Source of the DNA: an uncultured Gemmatimonadales bacterium
GTDB lineage: Bacteria > Gemmatimonadota > Gemmatimonadetes > Longimicrobiales > RSA9
Direction of reading: 5' to 3'
Length of the DNA: 64,000 nt
Assembly: GCA_963783305.1 (NCBI GenBank)
Contig: CAWAMW010000013.1
Coordinates: forward strand, 69,487 to 133,486
Part shown: in pieces, positions 17,379-25,734 of the stretch
How positions within the stretch are numbered: the stretch's first letter is position 1
Layout: the number at the start of each line of letters is the position of its first letter
Notes under the pieces: model-generated
What the model saw: the letters and a program-made list of their open reading frames with translations, nothing else
What the model was told of the DNA's origin: nothing
Database searches by the model: none
Made by a program: the position numbers and the translations under genes

Positions 17379-19377
17379 TCAGGCGTTGACGGTCTCTTCG
17401 ACCTCCTGACGCGCGGCCCGGTCGGACCGGCTGTAGAAGAACCAGAGGATCAGCGGGAACACCAGCAGGCCCAGCAGCCCCTGGATCAACGGACTGTCGA
17501 TGAGGGTGGGCAGCGTGATGTTCGCCACAATGAGGGCGGCGATGAACACACCCATCAGGGCTTCGCCCGCCACCAGTCCCGATGCCACGAGCACGCCGGC
17601 GTTGTCCGCCCGCATGCGCGCGTCGGCCTCGGCATGCCGCCGCTCGATGCGCCGGTCCACGATCCAGCGGAACACGCCGCCCACGAAGATGGCGAAGGTG
17701 CTCCAGATCGGGAGATACATGCCCACCGCCACCAGCATCACCGAGGGGGCCCGAACGAGGATCAGCATGACGGCGAACATCATCCCGCCGATGAAGAGGG
17801 GCCAGGGCATCTCACCGTTGATGATCCCCGAGCTCACCAGGGCCATGAGTCCCGCCTGGGGCGCCGGGAGGGCGGTGGCGGGGTCGGCGCCGGGCGCACC
17901 GGCGAAACCGTAGGCGGAGCTGAGGAGCGCCAGCACCCCGGCCAGCGCGGGTGCGGCGAGGACCACGGCGATGAGCTCGGCCTTCTCCATGCGGGCGGGG
18001 GTGCCGCCGAGGATATGGCCGACCTTGAGGTCCTGCATCATGTCGCCGGCGATGCCCATGGCGCAGCAGACGACCGCGGCGACGCCGAGGACGGCGAGGA
18101 TCCCCTGGTCGCCCTCCAGCCCGATGGCGACCATGAGGAGTGCGGCCAGGATGAGTGTTGAGAGGGTGAGGCCACTGATCGGGTTGTTGCTGCTGCCGAT
18201 GAGCCCCACCAGGTACCCGGCCACCGCTGCGAAGAGGATCCCGGCCACCACCATCACCACGGCGGCGACGATGGAGCCGGCGAAGCTCTGGGTGAAGTAG
18301 TAATAGAGGACGGTGATGGGGACCATCAGGCCGAGAATGCCGAAGACGATCCACTTGTAGCGGATGTCGGTCTCGTGACGATCGGTGGTCTCGGTGGATC
18401 CGGCGGCGCCGCGGATGTCGGAGAATACCCGGCCGAATCCGGTGGCGAGGCTGGCGCGCATCCGCCAGAGCGTCCATACGGCACCAACGACCATGGTACC
18501 GACGGCGAGGGGTCGGACCTGCTGCTGCCAGACGGTCTCCATTGCGACGGTGCCGAACCCCTGCGCCTCAGCGGCCAGTAGGAGGTCGCGATTGACGAAC
18601 ATCATGACCGGCACCAGGCACCACCAGCCGAGGACGCCGCCGGCGAAGACCACGGCCGCGAGGGCCGGGCCGATGATGTAGCCGACGCCCAGGAGGGCCG
18701 GGGAGGCCGATGGTGTGGATGCGAACATCCCGCCCTCGTAGACGGAACCGGCGGGGCCACCGATCCGCGCACCCGTCGCCTGACCCCACGACCACCAGCC
18801 GGTCATCTGCGACTGGAGTGCCTGGAGCCCGGAAGAGTTCTTGAGCAGCTCGATCCCTGCGGCCATGACGCCTGCGGCCATGAGGATCTTTCCGCCGCCC
18901 GTGCCCTGCTGCCCAGCCTTGTGGATCTCCAATGCCGCGATCGACTCGGGGAACGGCAACCCCGACTCCTCCACCAGGGTCCGGCGCAGGATGATCACGA
19001 AGAGCACGCCGAGGATGCCGCCCACGGCCATGATGAACGTCGCGATCCAGAATGTTCACGCTGTCCCACACGCCCGCGATGACGAAGGCGGGAATGGTGA
19101 AGATGGCTCCCGCGACGAGCGCCTCCCCGACCGAGGCGGTGGTGCGGGCGATGTTCTCCTCGAGGATCGTCCCTCCCACCGGCCGGAGCGCCGCGAGGGC
19201 GACAATGGCGGCGGGGAACGTCGCGGCGATGGTGAGCCCCGCCACCATCCCGATGTAGGCATTGGCCGCGCCGAGAACGACCGCCATGACCACGCCAAGA
19301 CCCACCGCCCGGAAGGTGAACTCCGGTATGTCTTCCTCGGCCGATATGAACGGCTTGTACGGTACCTGGTCCGCCAT
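17379..19377 (-). pseudogene. OPT family oligopeptide transporter with one frameshift near 19053 (real lesion or sequencing error)
   Basis: N-part ANAYIGMVAGLTIAATFPAA..ENIARTTASVGE; C-part LPFPES, SSNNPISG, MQDLKVGHILGGTP, LPAPQA, SGLVAGE. Removing one base in GTG AAC A TTC TGG ATC joins the two frames. Confidence 0.8.
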
Positions 19378-19742
19378 CAGACCCTTCCGCGTTCAGGATG
19401 AACGATCCCGGGAGCCGGGCGGCCGCCGGGGGTTGAAAAATCCTGATTGGCACGCTGTTCGTGCGCTCACTCGAAGTCAAGGAGGCGCCCGCCGCGGGGC
19501 GCCTGTTTCCGGTCCTTCGGCCTCCACGAACCCGGTCGGGGCGAAAGGCGAACGTGGTACGACTTCTGGCAGCGGGCATGGTCGCGCTCGTCCCATCCGT
19601 GGGCTACTGCGGGATCGTGGCGCAGCAGTGGTGAGCGCCGTCGCTTGACTGCGCAGGCGTACGGCGCCACCCTCCCGCCGAGCGGGTCCCGTACGGGCGG
19701 CGCACCGCCGGGGGCCGGCAGGAGACCTGGCCGACAGGAAGC

Positions 19743-21608
19743 ATGGACACCACACTGCTGCGAACCCTCCGGAGCCACCCGCTCACGCGGAAGCTGAGCT
19801 CGGACGAGCGGAACTACCTCATCTCGCAGGGCCGGGTGCTGGGATACCTGCCGGGCACCTACATCTTCCACGAGAGTCAGCCCCGGCAGGCGTTCGGGGT
19901 CATCCTGAAGGGGCGGCTGGAGCTCCAGACGGGGCAGCGCGGTCGGCCGACGGTGCTGGCGAGCCTCGGGGCGGGGGAGTCGTTCGGCGAGGGCAGCCTG
20001 CTCGATGATTATCCTCACTCCACCTCCGCTTTCGTGCGGGAGGCGCTCGAGGCGTTCGAGATTCCACGGGACGCTCTGTCCGTCATCGGACGCGACCGCC
20101 CGGAGCTTCATTCGCGGCTCGTCAGCGGGGCGGCGCGGATCATCGCGGAGCGCGTGAGCTCTGTCGGTCGGGTGGCGGGAGGGGAGGCGGCGTTCCGCTC
20201 GGGGGCCGTGCGCCGGGAGCACGACCTGCTCGGCGAGCGCGACGTGCCGGATCGCAACTACTACGGTCTCCAGACGATGCGGGCGGTGGAGAACTTCCCG
20301 ATCACGGGCGTCCCCATCTCGCAGTACCCGCAGCTGATCAACGCGCTGGCGGCGGTGAAGGAGGCAGCGGCGGAGACCAATCGTGACCTGGGGCTTCTGG
20401 AGGAGGAGATCGCCGACGCGATCATCCGGGCCGCCCGGGAGATCCGGGGGGGGCGGCTGCACGGCGAGTTCGTGGTGGACGTGATCCAGGGCGGCGCGGG
20501 GACGTCCACGAACATGAACGCCAACGAGGTGATCGCCAACCGGGCGCTGGAGCTGCTGGGGCGAAATCGCGGCGAGTACGACGTGGTGCATCCGAACAAC
20601 CACGTGAACCTCTCGCAGTCGACCAACGACACCTACCCGACGGCGCTGAAGATCGCGGCCATCTGGTCGATCCGCGACCTGGAGCAGGCCGTCGCCGCGC
20701 TTCGGGACGCCTTCCTCGCCAAGGGGGACGAGTTCGCCGACATCGTGAAGATGGGCCGGACGCAGCTCCAGGATGCGGTGCCCATGACGCTGGGACAGGA
20801 GTTCCGGGCGTTCGGCGTCACGCTGGGCGAGGAGGTGGAGCGGCTGCGCGCCGCGGCCGGGCTGATCCGCGAGATCAACATGGGCGCCACGGCCATCGGA
20901 ACGGGGATCAACACCGACCCCAGCTACGCCGAGAAGGTGCGTGCGGCGCTTTCACGGGTCACGGGGCTGGACCTGATCACGAGCCCGAACCTGGTGGAGG
21001 CGACGCAGGACACGGGCGTCTTCGTGCACCTGTCCAGTACGCTCAAGCGACTGGCCGTGAAGCTGTCGAAGATCTGCAACGACCTCAGGCTTCTGTCCAG
21101 CGGACCCCGGGCGGGGCTCGGCGAGATCCGGTTGCCGGCCATGCAGCCCGGGTCGAGCATCATGCCCGGCAAGGTCAACCCGGTGATCCCGGAGGTGGTG
21201 AACCAGGTGGCGTTCCAGGTGATCGGCAACGACCTGACGGTTACCATGGCCGCGGAGGGCGGTCAGCTCCAGCTCAACGTCTTCGAGCCGGTCATCGCGT
21301 TCAACATCTTCCAGTCCATGGACATGCTGATCCAGGCGTGCATCGTCCTGCGGGAGCGGACGGTGGTGGGGATCGAGGCGGATCGGGACCGTATCCGGCA
21401 GGGGCTGGAACAGAGCATCGGCATCGTCACCGCGCTTGTCCCGTATATCGGGTACGAGAAGGCCTCGGCCGTGGCCCGTGAAGCGCTGTCGTCCGGGCGG
21501 GGCGTCTACGAGCTGGTGCTGGAAAAGGAATGGCTCAGCCGCGAGAAGCTCGACAGGATCCTTTCGCCCGACGCCATGACACGGCCGCGGGGGCTGCCCG
21601 GGACCTAG
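19743..21608 (+). CDS. aspA: aspartate ammonia-lyase with an N-terminal cyclic-nucleotide-binding-like domain
   Basis: EHDLLG..YYGLQTMRAVENF, QGGAGTSTNMN.NEV, SQSTND, KMGRTQLQDA, GSSIMPGKVNP; N-terminal ILKGRLE..LGAGESFGEGSLL. Confidence 0.9.
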   Translation: MDTTLLRTLRSHPLTRKLSSDERNYLISQGRVLGYLPGTYIFHESQPRQAFGVILKGRLELQTGQRGRPTVLASLGAGESFGEGSLLDDYPHSTSAFVREALEAFEIPRDALSVIGRDRPELHSRLVSGAARIIAERVSSVGRVAGGEAAFRSGAVRREHDLLGERDVPDRNYYGLQTMRAVENFPITGVPISQYPQLINALAAVKEAAAETNRDLGLLEEEIADAIIRAAREIRGGRLHGEFVVDVIQGGAGTSTNMNANEVIANRALELLGRNRGEYDVVHPNNHVNLSQSTNDTYPTALKIAAIWSIRDLEQAVAALRDAFLAKGDEFADIVKMGRTQLQDAVPMTLGQEFRAFGVTLGEEVERLRAAAGLIREINMGATAIGTGINTDPSYAEKVRAALSRVTGLDLITSPNLVEATQDTGVFVHLSSTLKRLAVKLSKICNDLRLLSSGPRAGLGEIRLPAMQPGSSIMPGKVNPVIPEVVNQVAFQVIGNDLTVTMAAEGGQLQLNVFEPVIAFNIFQSMDMLIQACIVLRERTVVGIEADRDRIRQGLEQSIGIVTALVPYIGYEKASAVAREALSSGRGVYELVLEKEWLSREKLDRILSPDAMTRPRGLPGT

Positions 21609-21904
21609 CTGGCGGCGCCGATTTGCCCGGCCGTTCCGCCGCCGGTATTTTCCAGGTCGCTCGCCTGTCCCGCTCGGGGCAACCCTCCACAGCGACCGGA
21701 AAGTGATGCAGGGCACTCAGTCCGATCAGTCGGCCATCGGTAGGTGCGCGGCGCGTGGTGCGCCGGGTGCCCGCGCGTCCGGTGCTGGTGAGCGCACGGA
21801 CCGCAGCTATCTGCTCCGACGCGAGTGCCGATACCCGTTCCCGAGGCTGCAGGACGGGGCGGCGACGGTTCCACTGCGTCGCGCGCGCCGGGTGTGTGCG
21901 AGCT

Positions 21905-22525
21905 TCAGCGCGATCCGGTCCCTGGCGCGTGAGGATCAGAGCTGAGGGGGGAGCGCATGTCGACCACGAGGTGGGCGCGCTCGGCGGTGGCGGCGAGCTG
22001 GTGCGCGACGATCCGGAGCAGCGTGCGAGCGCGGTCGTCGAACCGCTGTCGCTCAGCGAAGTAGAAGCTCAGGGCGCCGAACACCCGATTCTCGGCCGCG
22101 AGCGGGTGCGCGGTCATGGACACGAAACCGAGCTCGCGGGCCGGCTCCCACCAGTCTGTGAGGTCCGGGTCCCCGAACACGTCCTCCACCTCGACTGAAG
22201 CGCCTTCCAGGACCGCGCGGCCGGTGGGTCCGCGGCCTTCCCTGATCCGGAGCTCGCTCAGGAACCGCGCGGAAGCCTGCGGCCAGTTCTGAGCGCACGC
22301 GAGACGGAGGAGGCGCGGGTCATCCTGGTCGCGGAGGAAGACCGAGGCGAAGGATGCGCCCACGAGGGGGGTGACGCGGGCCAGCGCGAGGCGATAGACC
22401 TCGAGCGGCGTCCGATCAGTCATGAGCGACCGGGCGATTTCGCGGGCGACCTCCGTCTCCAGCTCCCGTTCGTTCGCCGCGTCCTCGTCCGGGCCGGGCG
22501 GGAGCGGGTTCGTTGTTGGGTTCAA
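21905..22525 (-). CDS. stand-alone GAF domain protein
   Basis: GRGPTGRAVLEG..VEDVFGDP..GFVSMTAHPLAAENRVFGAL..F..LLRIVAHQLA; TTG start uncertain. Confidence 0.8.
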   Translation of the reverse strand: MNPTTNPLPPGPDEDAANERELETEVAREIARSLMTDRTPLEVYRLALARVTPLVGASFASVFLRDQDDPRLLRLACAQNWPQASARFLSELRIREGRGPTGRAVLEGASVEVEDVFGDPDLTDWWEPARELGFVSMTAHPLAAENRVFGALSFYFAERQRFDDRARTLLRIVAHQLAATAERAHLVVDMRSPLSSDPHAPGTGSR

Positions 22526-22540
22526 GGGCTAGCCGTTTCC

Positions 22541-22569
22541 TTGACGCATTCCGGGGGGCATCCTACTCT
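22541..22569 (+). promoter_or_regulatory. sigma70-type promoter for HU
   Basis: TTGACG-N17-TACTCT about 105 nt upstream of the start. Confidence 0.6.
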
Positions 22570-22674
22570 ATCCGGGCCTTCTGGCCAGAACCGTTGCCGG
22601 AGAACGTGAGGTCCCACGGCCCTCGCTGCAAGAGCATGAGTCCGCAACCGATCACCTCTTTCGAGGAGTAGCCG

Positions 22675-22962
22675 ATGAACAAGTCCGAGCTGGTGCAGGC
22701 GCTGGCGAACGAGACCGACATGACGAAAGCGGAGGCCCAGCGCACCGTCGACGCCCTCTTCAACACGAAGGAGGGCATACTGGCCAGCGCGCTGAAGAAG
22801 GGCGAGCGGGTCCAGATCACCGGGTTCGGCACGTTCGAGACGCGCAAGCGAAAGGCGCGCACCGGCCGCAACCCTCGCACGGGCGAGGAGATCAAGATCG
22901 GGGCGACCACCAGCCCCACGTTCCGTCCGGGGAAGGCGTTGAAGGACGCGGTGAAGAAGTAG
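22675..22962 (+). CDS. hup: HU family DNA-binding protein
   Basis: MNKSELV..ITGFGTFE..RKARTGRNPRTGEEIKI..FRPGKALKDAV; GAGGAG SD. Confidence 0.97.
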   Translation: MNKSELVQALANETDMTKAEAQRTVDALFNTKEGILASALKKGERVQITGFGTFETRKRKARTGRNPRTGEEIKIGATTSPTFRPGKALKDAVKK

Positions 22963-22987
22963 GACGGCGTCCTCTACGATCGGCTCT

Positions 22988-23032
22988 GCGGTAAGGGCCC
23001 CGGGGATCCTGGATCCCCGGGGCCCTTACCGC
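22988..23032. terminator. 22-bp perfect inverted repeat between convergent genes
   Basis: GCGGTAAGGGCCCCGGGGATCC-T-GGATCCCCGGGGCCCTTACCGC. Confidence 0.75.
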
Positions 23033-23054
23033 GTTCGGGCGCGTCGCGCGTCCG

Positions 23055-24884
23055 TCAGCCGCGACGCGGCGGACGGTCCCCCGTCCCGCCACGACTCGAG
23101 CCACCACGACTCGAGCCACCGCGGCCCGGACCACCGCGGCCCGGACCACCCCGCGAGGGGCCACCGCGGCCGCCTCCCGCGCCACCGCTCGGGCTCCGGC
23201 CGGACCCGCCACGGCTCGGTCCCCGGCTGCCGCCGCGGGCGGAGCCGCCCGATCCGCCGCGCGCGCCGCCGCCGGGGCCGCCACGATCACCGCGATCGCC
23301 TGGCGACTTCCGGGGTGCTCGCTCCTTGCGGTCGTAGTCGACCCGCAGGCTTCTGCCCTTGATCGTGCGGCCGTTCAGCGCCTGGATCACCTGGGCGGCC
23401 ATGGGGCTGGCCACCTCCACGGTGGAGTGGGACTCTCGGATGTCGATCTTCCCCACCTGGTCGCCAGCGATGCCGGCCTCGCCGGTCATGGCGCCCACCA
23501 GGTCCCCGGGGGTGATGTCGTCGCGGCTCCCGATGCTCACGAAGAGATGCGTCCACGTGGTGGCCGTGGCGGGCGGTGGTGCCCCCGCGCCGGGTCGTGC
23601 GCCGACGCCCGTCGCCCCGCCCGACCGGGGAGCCGCCCCCTGACCCGCGGGTGTCGAGCCCCCCTGGTGCTGCCGGCCCTGGTGCGTCGAGCGTGCGAGC
23701 TGGAGCGCAGCGGCGGCGATCTCCGCGGCGGGGAACTCGTCGAGGAGCGGCTCGATCAGGGCGAGATCCGCGGAGAGGTCGCCCGCCTCCAGGATGCGTC
23801 GGACCTGGCCGCGGACTGTCTCGGCGGGGTTCTCCAGCGCGGCCGGCGGATCGGCCCGGGGCTCGAGGGTGACTCCCGCCCGGCGGGCGATCCTGAGGAG
23901 GTGGGCTCGCTCCCGTGGGGTGGCGAGGATGGTCCCACCCCGGCCGTGCAGCTCGACGAGTGCATCCGCGTCGAACGGTACGTCGGCCGAGATGACCGTG
24001 GCGCGCGTGGTGCGCTGGTCCGCCTCCGTGAGCGGGAGCACCAGGATCCGGACGCTGGAGCCCTCGCCCTGCGTAGTGATGCCGCGGGCGGTGAGCGCCT
24101 GATCGAGTACCGCGGCGCGATCATGGCTCCTGCAGACAACCGCCACCTCACCGGCCTCGGCCTCCGCGATGAGCGATACGACGGCGCCGGCCTTCGCGTG
24201 CTCCGGGACGATCCGGTAGCGCACGGTGGCGCTGACCTCGGGCTGGTCGCCGCCGCTGGAGCGAGGCGGGATGGTCATGGCCTTTCGAGCGTGCCGCTCG
24301 ACGAACCCGTCAATGCGGGAGCCGAGGGAGCCGGCGACGATGATTCGCTGTGCGCTCCCGGGGACGATGTCGACGATCGTCTCGAGGTCATCCCACTGAC
24401 CGGTGGCTTCGATGAGGTCCGCGCCATCGACCACCAGCGAGAGGATTCCGTCGACCTTGAGAGCGGACTCTCGTACCGCTGTGGCGGCGGCGGTGGGGGA
24501 GAGGACCAGCAGATCGACCGGGCGCTGGCTCCAGCCGGCGCCATGAGCGCGGACCGTAATGCCGGCGGGAGCGGCCATGCGGGCGAGGGAGTCGGCGGTG
24601 CGTGAAGCCGCGTCGGCGTCCGGTACCAGGACCAGCGCACGTGGCCCGGGCGAATCCTGCCCGGCGCCTTCCTCCACGTCCGCCCGCGTCAGCTGGTCGA
24701 GGACCCCGAGGCCGTATGCCCCCACCGCGCCGCTGCCCGCGGAGGCATGGAGCACCACGTTGTTTCCGCGCCTGATCACCGGCAGCGCGTCCCGCTGCAG
24801 GCCGGCCGGTGTGTCCCAGCCCAGCGATTCCACGCCGGCCGAGAGCTCCGGCGATATTCCCAGATCCTCGAATCGATCCGTCAT
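23055..24884 (-). CDS. DEAD-box (CsdA/DbpA-like) helicase-fold protein with degenerate catalytic motifs, DbpA RNA-binding domain and RGG tail
   Basis: FEDLGIS..GWDTPAGLQ; motif I ASAGSGAV; motif II VDGAD; LFVSIGSRDDITPGDLVGA..VGKIDIRESHSTVEV (DbpA RBD); RGG repeats. Confidence 0.85.
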   Translation of the reverse strand: MTDRFEDLGISPELSAGVESLGWDTPAGLQRDALPVIRRGNNVVLHASAGSGAVGAYGLGVLDQLTRADVEEGAGQDSPGPRALVLVPDADAASRTADSLARMAAPAGITVRAHGAGWSQRPVDLLVLSPTAAATAVRESALKVDGILSLVVDGADLIEATGQWDDLETIVDIVPGSAQRIIVAGSLGSRIDGFVERHARKAMTIPPRSSGGDQPEVSATVRYRIVPEHAKAGAVVSLIAEAEAGEVAVVCRSHDRAAVLDQALTARGITTQGEGSSVRILVLPLTEADQRTTRATVISADVPFDADALVELHGRGGTILATPRERAHLLRIARRAGVTLEPRADPPAALENPAETVRGQVRRILEAGDLSADLALIEPLLDEFPAAEIAAAALQLARSTHQGRQHQGGSTPAGQGAAPRSGGATGVGARPGAGAPPPATATTWTHLFVSIGSRDDITPGDLVGAMTGEAGIAGDQVGKIDIRESHSTVEVASPMAAQVIQALNGRTIKGRSLRVDYDRKERAPRKSPGDRGDRGGPGGGARGGSGGSARGGSRGPSRGGSGRSPSGGAGGGRGGPSRGGPGRGGPGRGGSSRGGSSRGGTGDRPPRRG

Positions 24885-25033
24885 TCCCTCACCCGTGTTG
24901 TCAAATGCGTTCGTCCGGCCCGTGCCGGCGCGCGATCAATATAGTGGATTTCCCCCAGGGTTGCCGGCCGCGACGACGGCCGCCATCCTGAAGATGATCT
25001 TCTCTTGTCCCGTGCGGAGTCGGGGCTGTGCAG

Positions 25034-25058
25034 GGAACCTCCGTGTCCCGGCGGCGTA
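25034..25058 (+). promoter_or_regulatory. possible ECF-type promoter
   Basis: GGAAC-N16-CGTA about 40 nt upstream of an exported-protein gene. Confidence 0.3.
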
Positions 25059-25097
25059 TCGTGATGCGTCGCAACACGTTGTATCATCCCCATAAAA

Positions 25098-25649
25098 GTG
25101 AGGACCTCGGTGTCGATCGCATCTCGACTGTTCATTCCCTTCGTGGCCATCATGGCGGCCGCCCCTGGTCTCGCGGCGCAGCAGCAGGACCCGATTCCCG
25201 CGGGGCTCTACCAGTTCGTCCCCGACCAGAGTGACGAGATCGAGGGCCGCATCAAACAGGCCGCGTCTCACATGAACTTCCTGATCCGGGGGATCGCGGA
25301 GCGGCGGCTGCGGAACGCCAACAAGCCGATTGACCGTATCGACCTGCGGTACCAGGGCGACACGGTGTGGATCTCGCTGCGCGCGGACGAGCCGTGGGTC
25401 GCCACTCTGCGGAACGGCGAGTTCGGTCCCTATACGAGGGCCGATGGTGAGGTGGTTCAGGTCAAGACGCAGCTGAAGCCGGGGGTGATCGACCAGTACT
25501 TCCGCTCCGACGATGGCGAGAAGCAGATGATCTATACGCTGCGCAATGACGGCCGCATGGCCGTGGAGTCGATCGTCTACAGCGACAAGCTGAAGGAGCC
25601 GTTCCGCTACACGTGGGTCTACCGTCCGGTGGAGCGCCCGGCGCAGTAG
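25098..25649 (+). CDS. hypothetical exported protein (lipocalin/FABP-like beta-rich; fold is inference)
   Basis: Signal peptide ending GLAA-Q; GLYQFV..SD N-terminal motif and terminal YTWVYR strand. Confidence 0.7.
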   Translation: MRTSVSIASRLFIPFVAIMAAAPGLAAQQQDPIPAGLYQFVPDQSDEIEGRIKQAASHMNFLIRGIAERRLRNANKPIDRIDLRYQGDTVWISLRADEPWVATLRNGEFGPYTRADGEVVQVKTQLKPGVIDQYFRSDDGEKQMIYTLRNDGRMAVESIVYSDKLKEPFRYTWVYRPVERPAQ

Positions 25650-25734
25650 TCTCAGTAGTCTCCTGCAAGCGCCGCGGCGCCTGCGGCTGTCGAAGTGGAC
25701 TTAGCGAGCCAGCCGGCGTGATCGGCTGGCTCGC

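Noticed and set aside
19448-19464. Sigma54-like TGGCACG motif upstream of aspA
   Set aside because: The -12 position reads GT rather than the required GC.
19380-19742. Long intergenic region as a possible riboswitch or sRNA
   Set aside because: Only generic GC-rich hairpins and promoter-like boxes; no riboswitch consensus recognisable by eye. An Rfam scan would be needed.
23085-23150. 15-nt tandem repeats as a separate DNA element
   Set aside because: They encode the RGGSS/RGGPG tail of the helicase-like protein and are covered by that finding.
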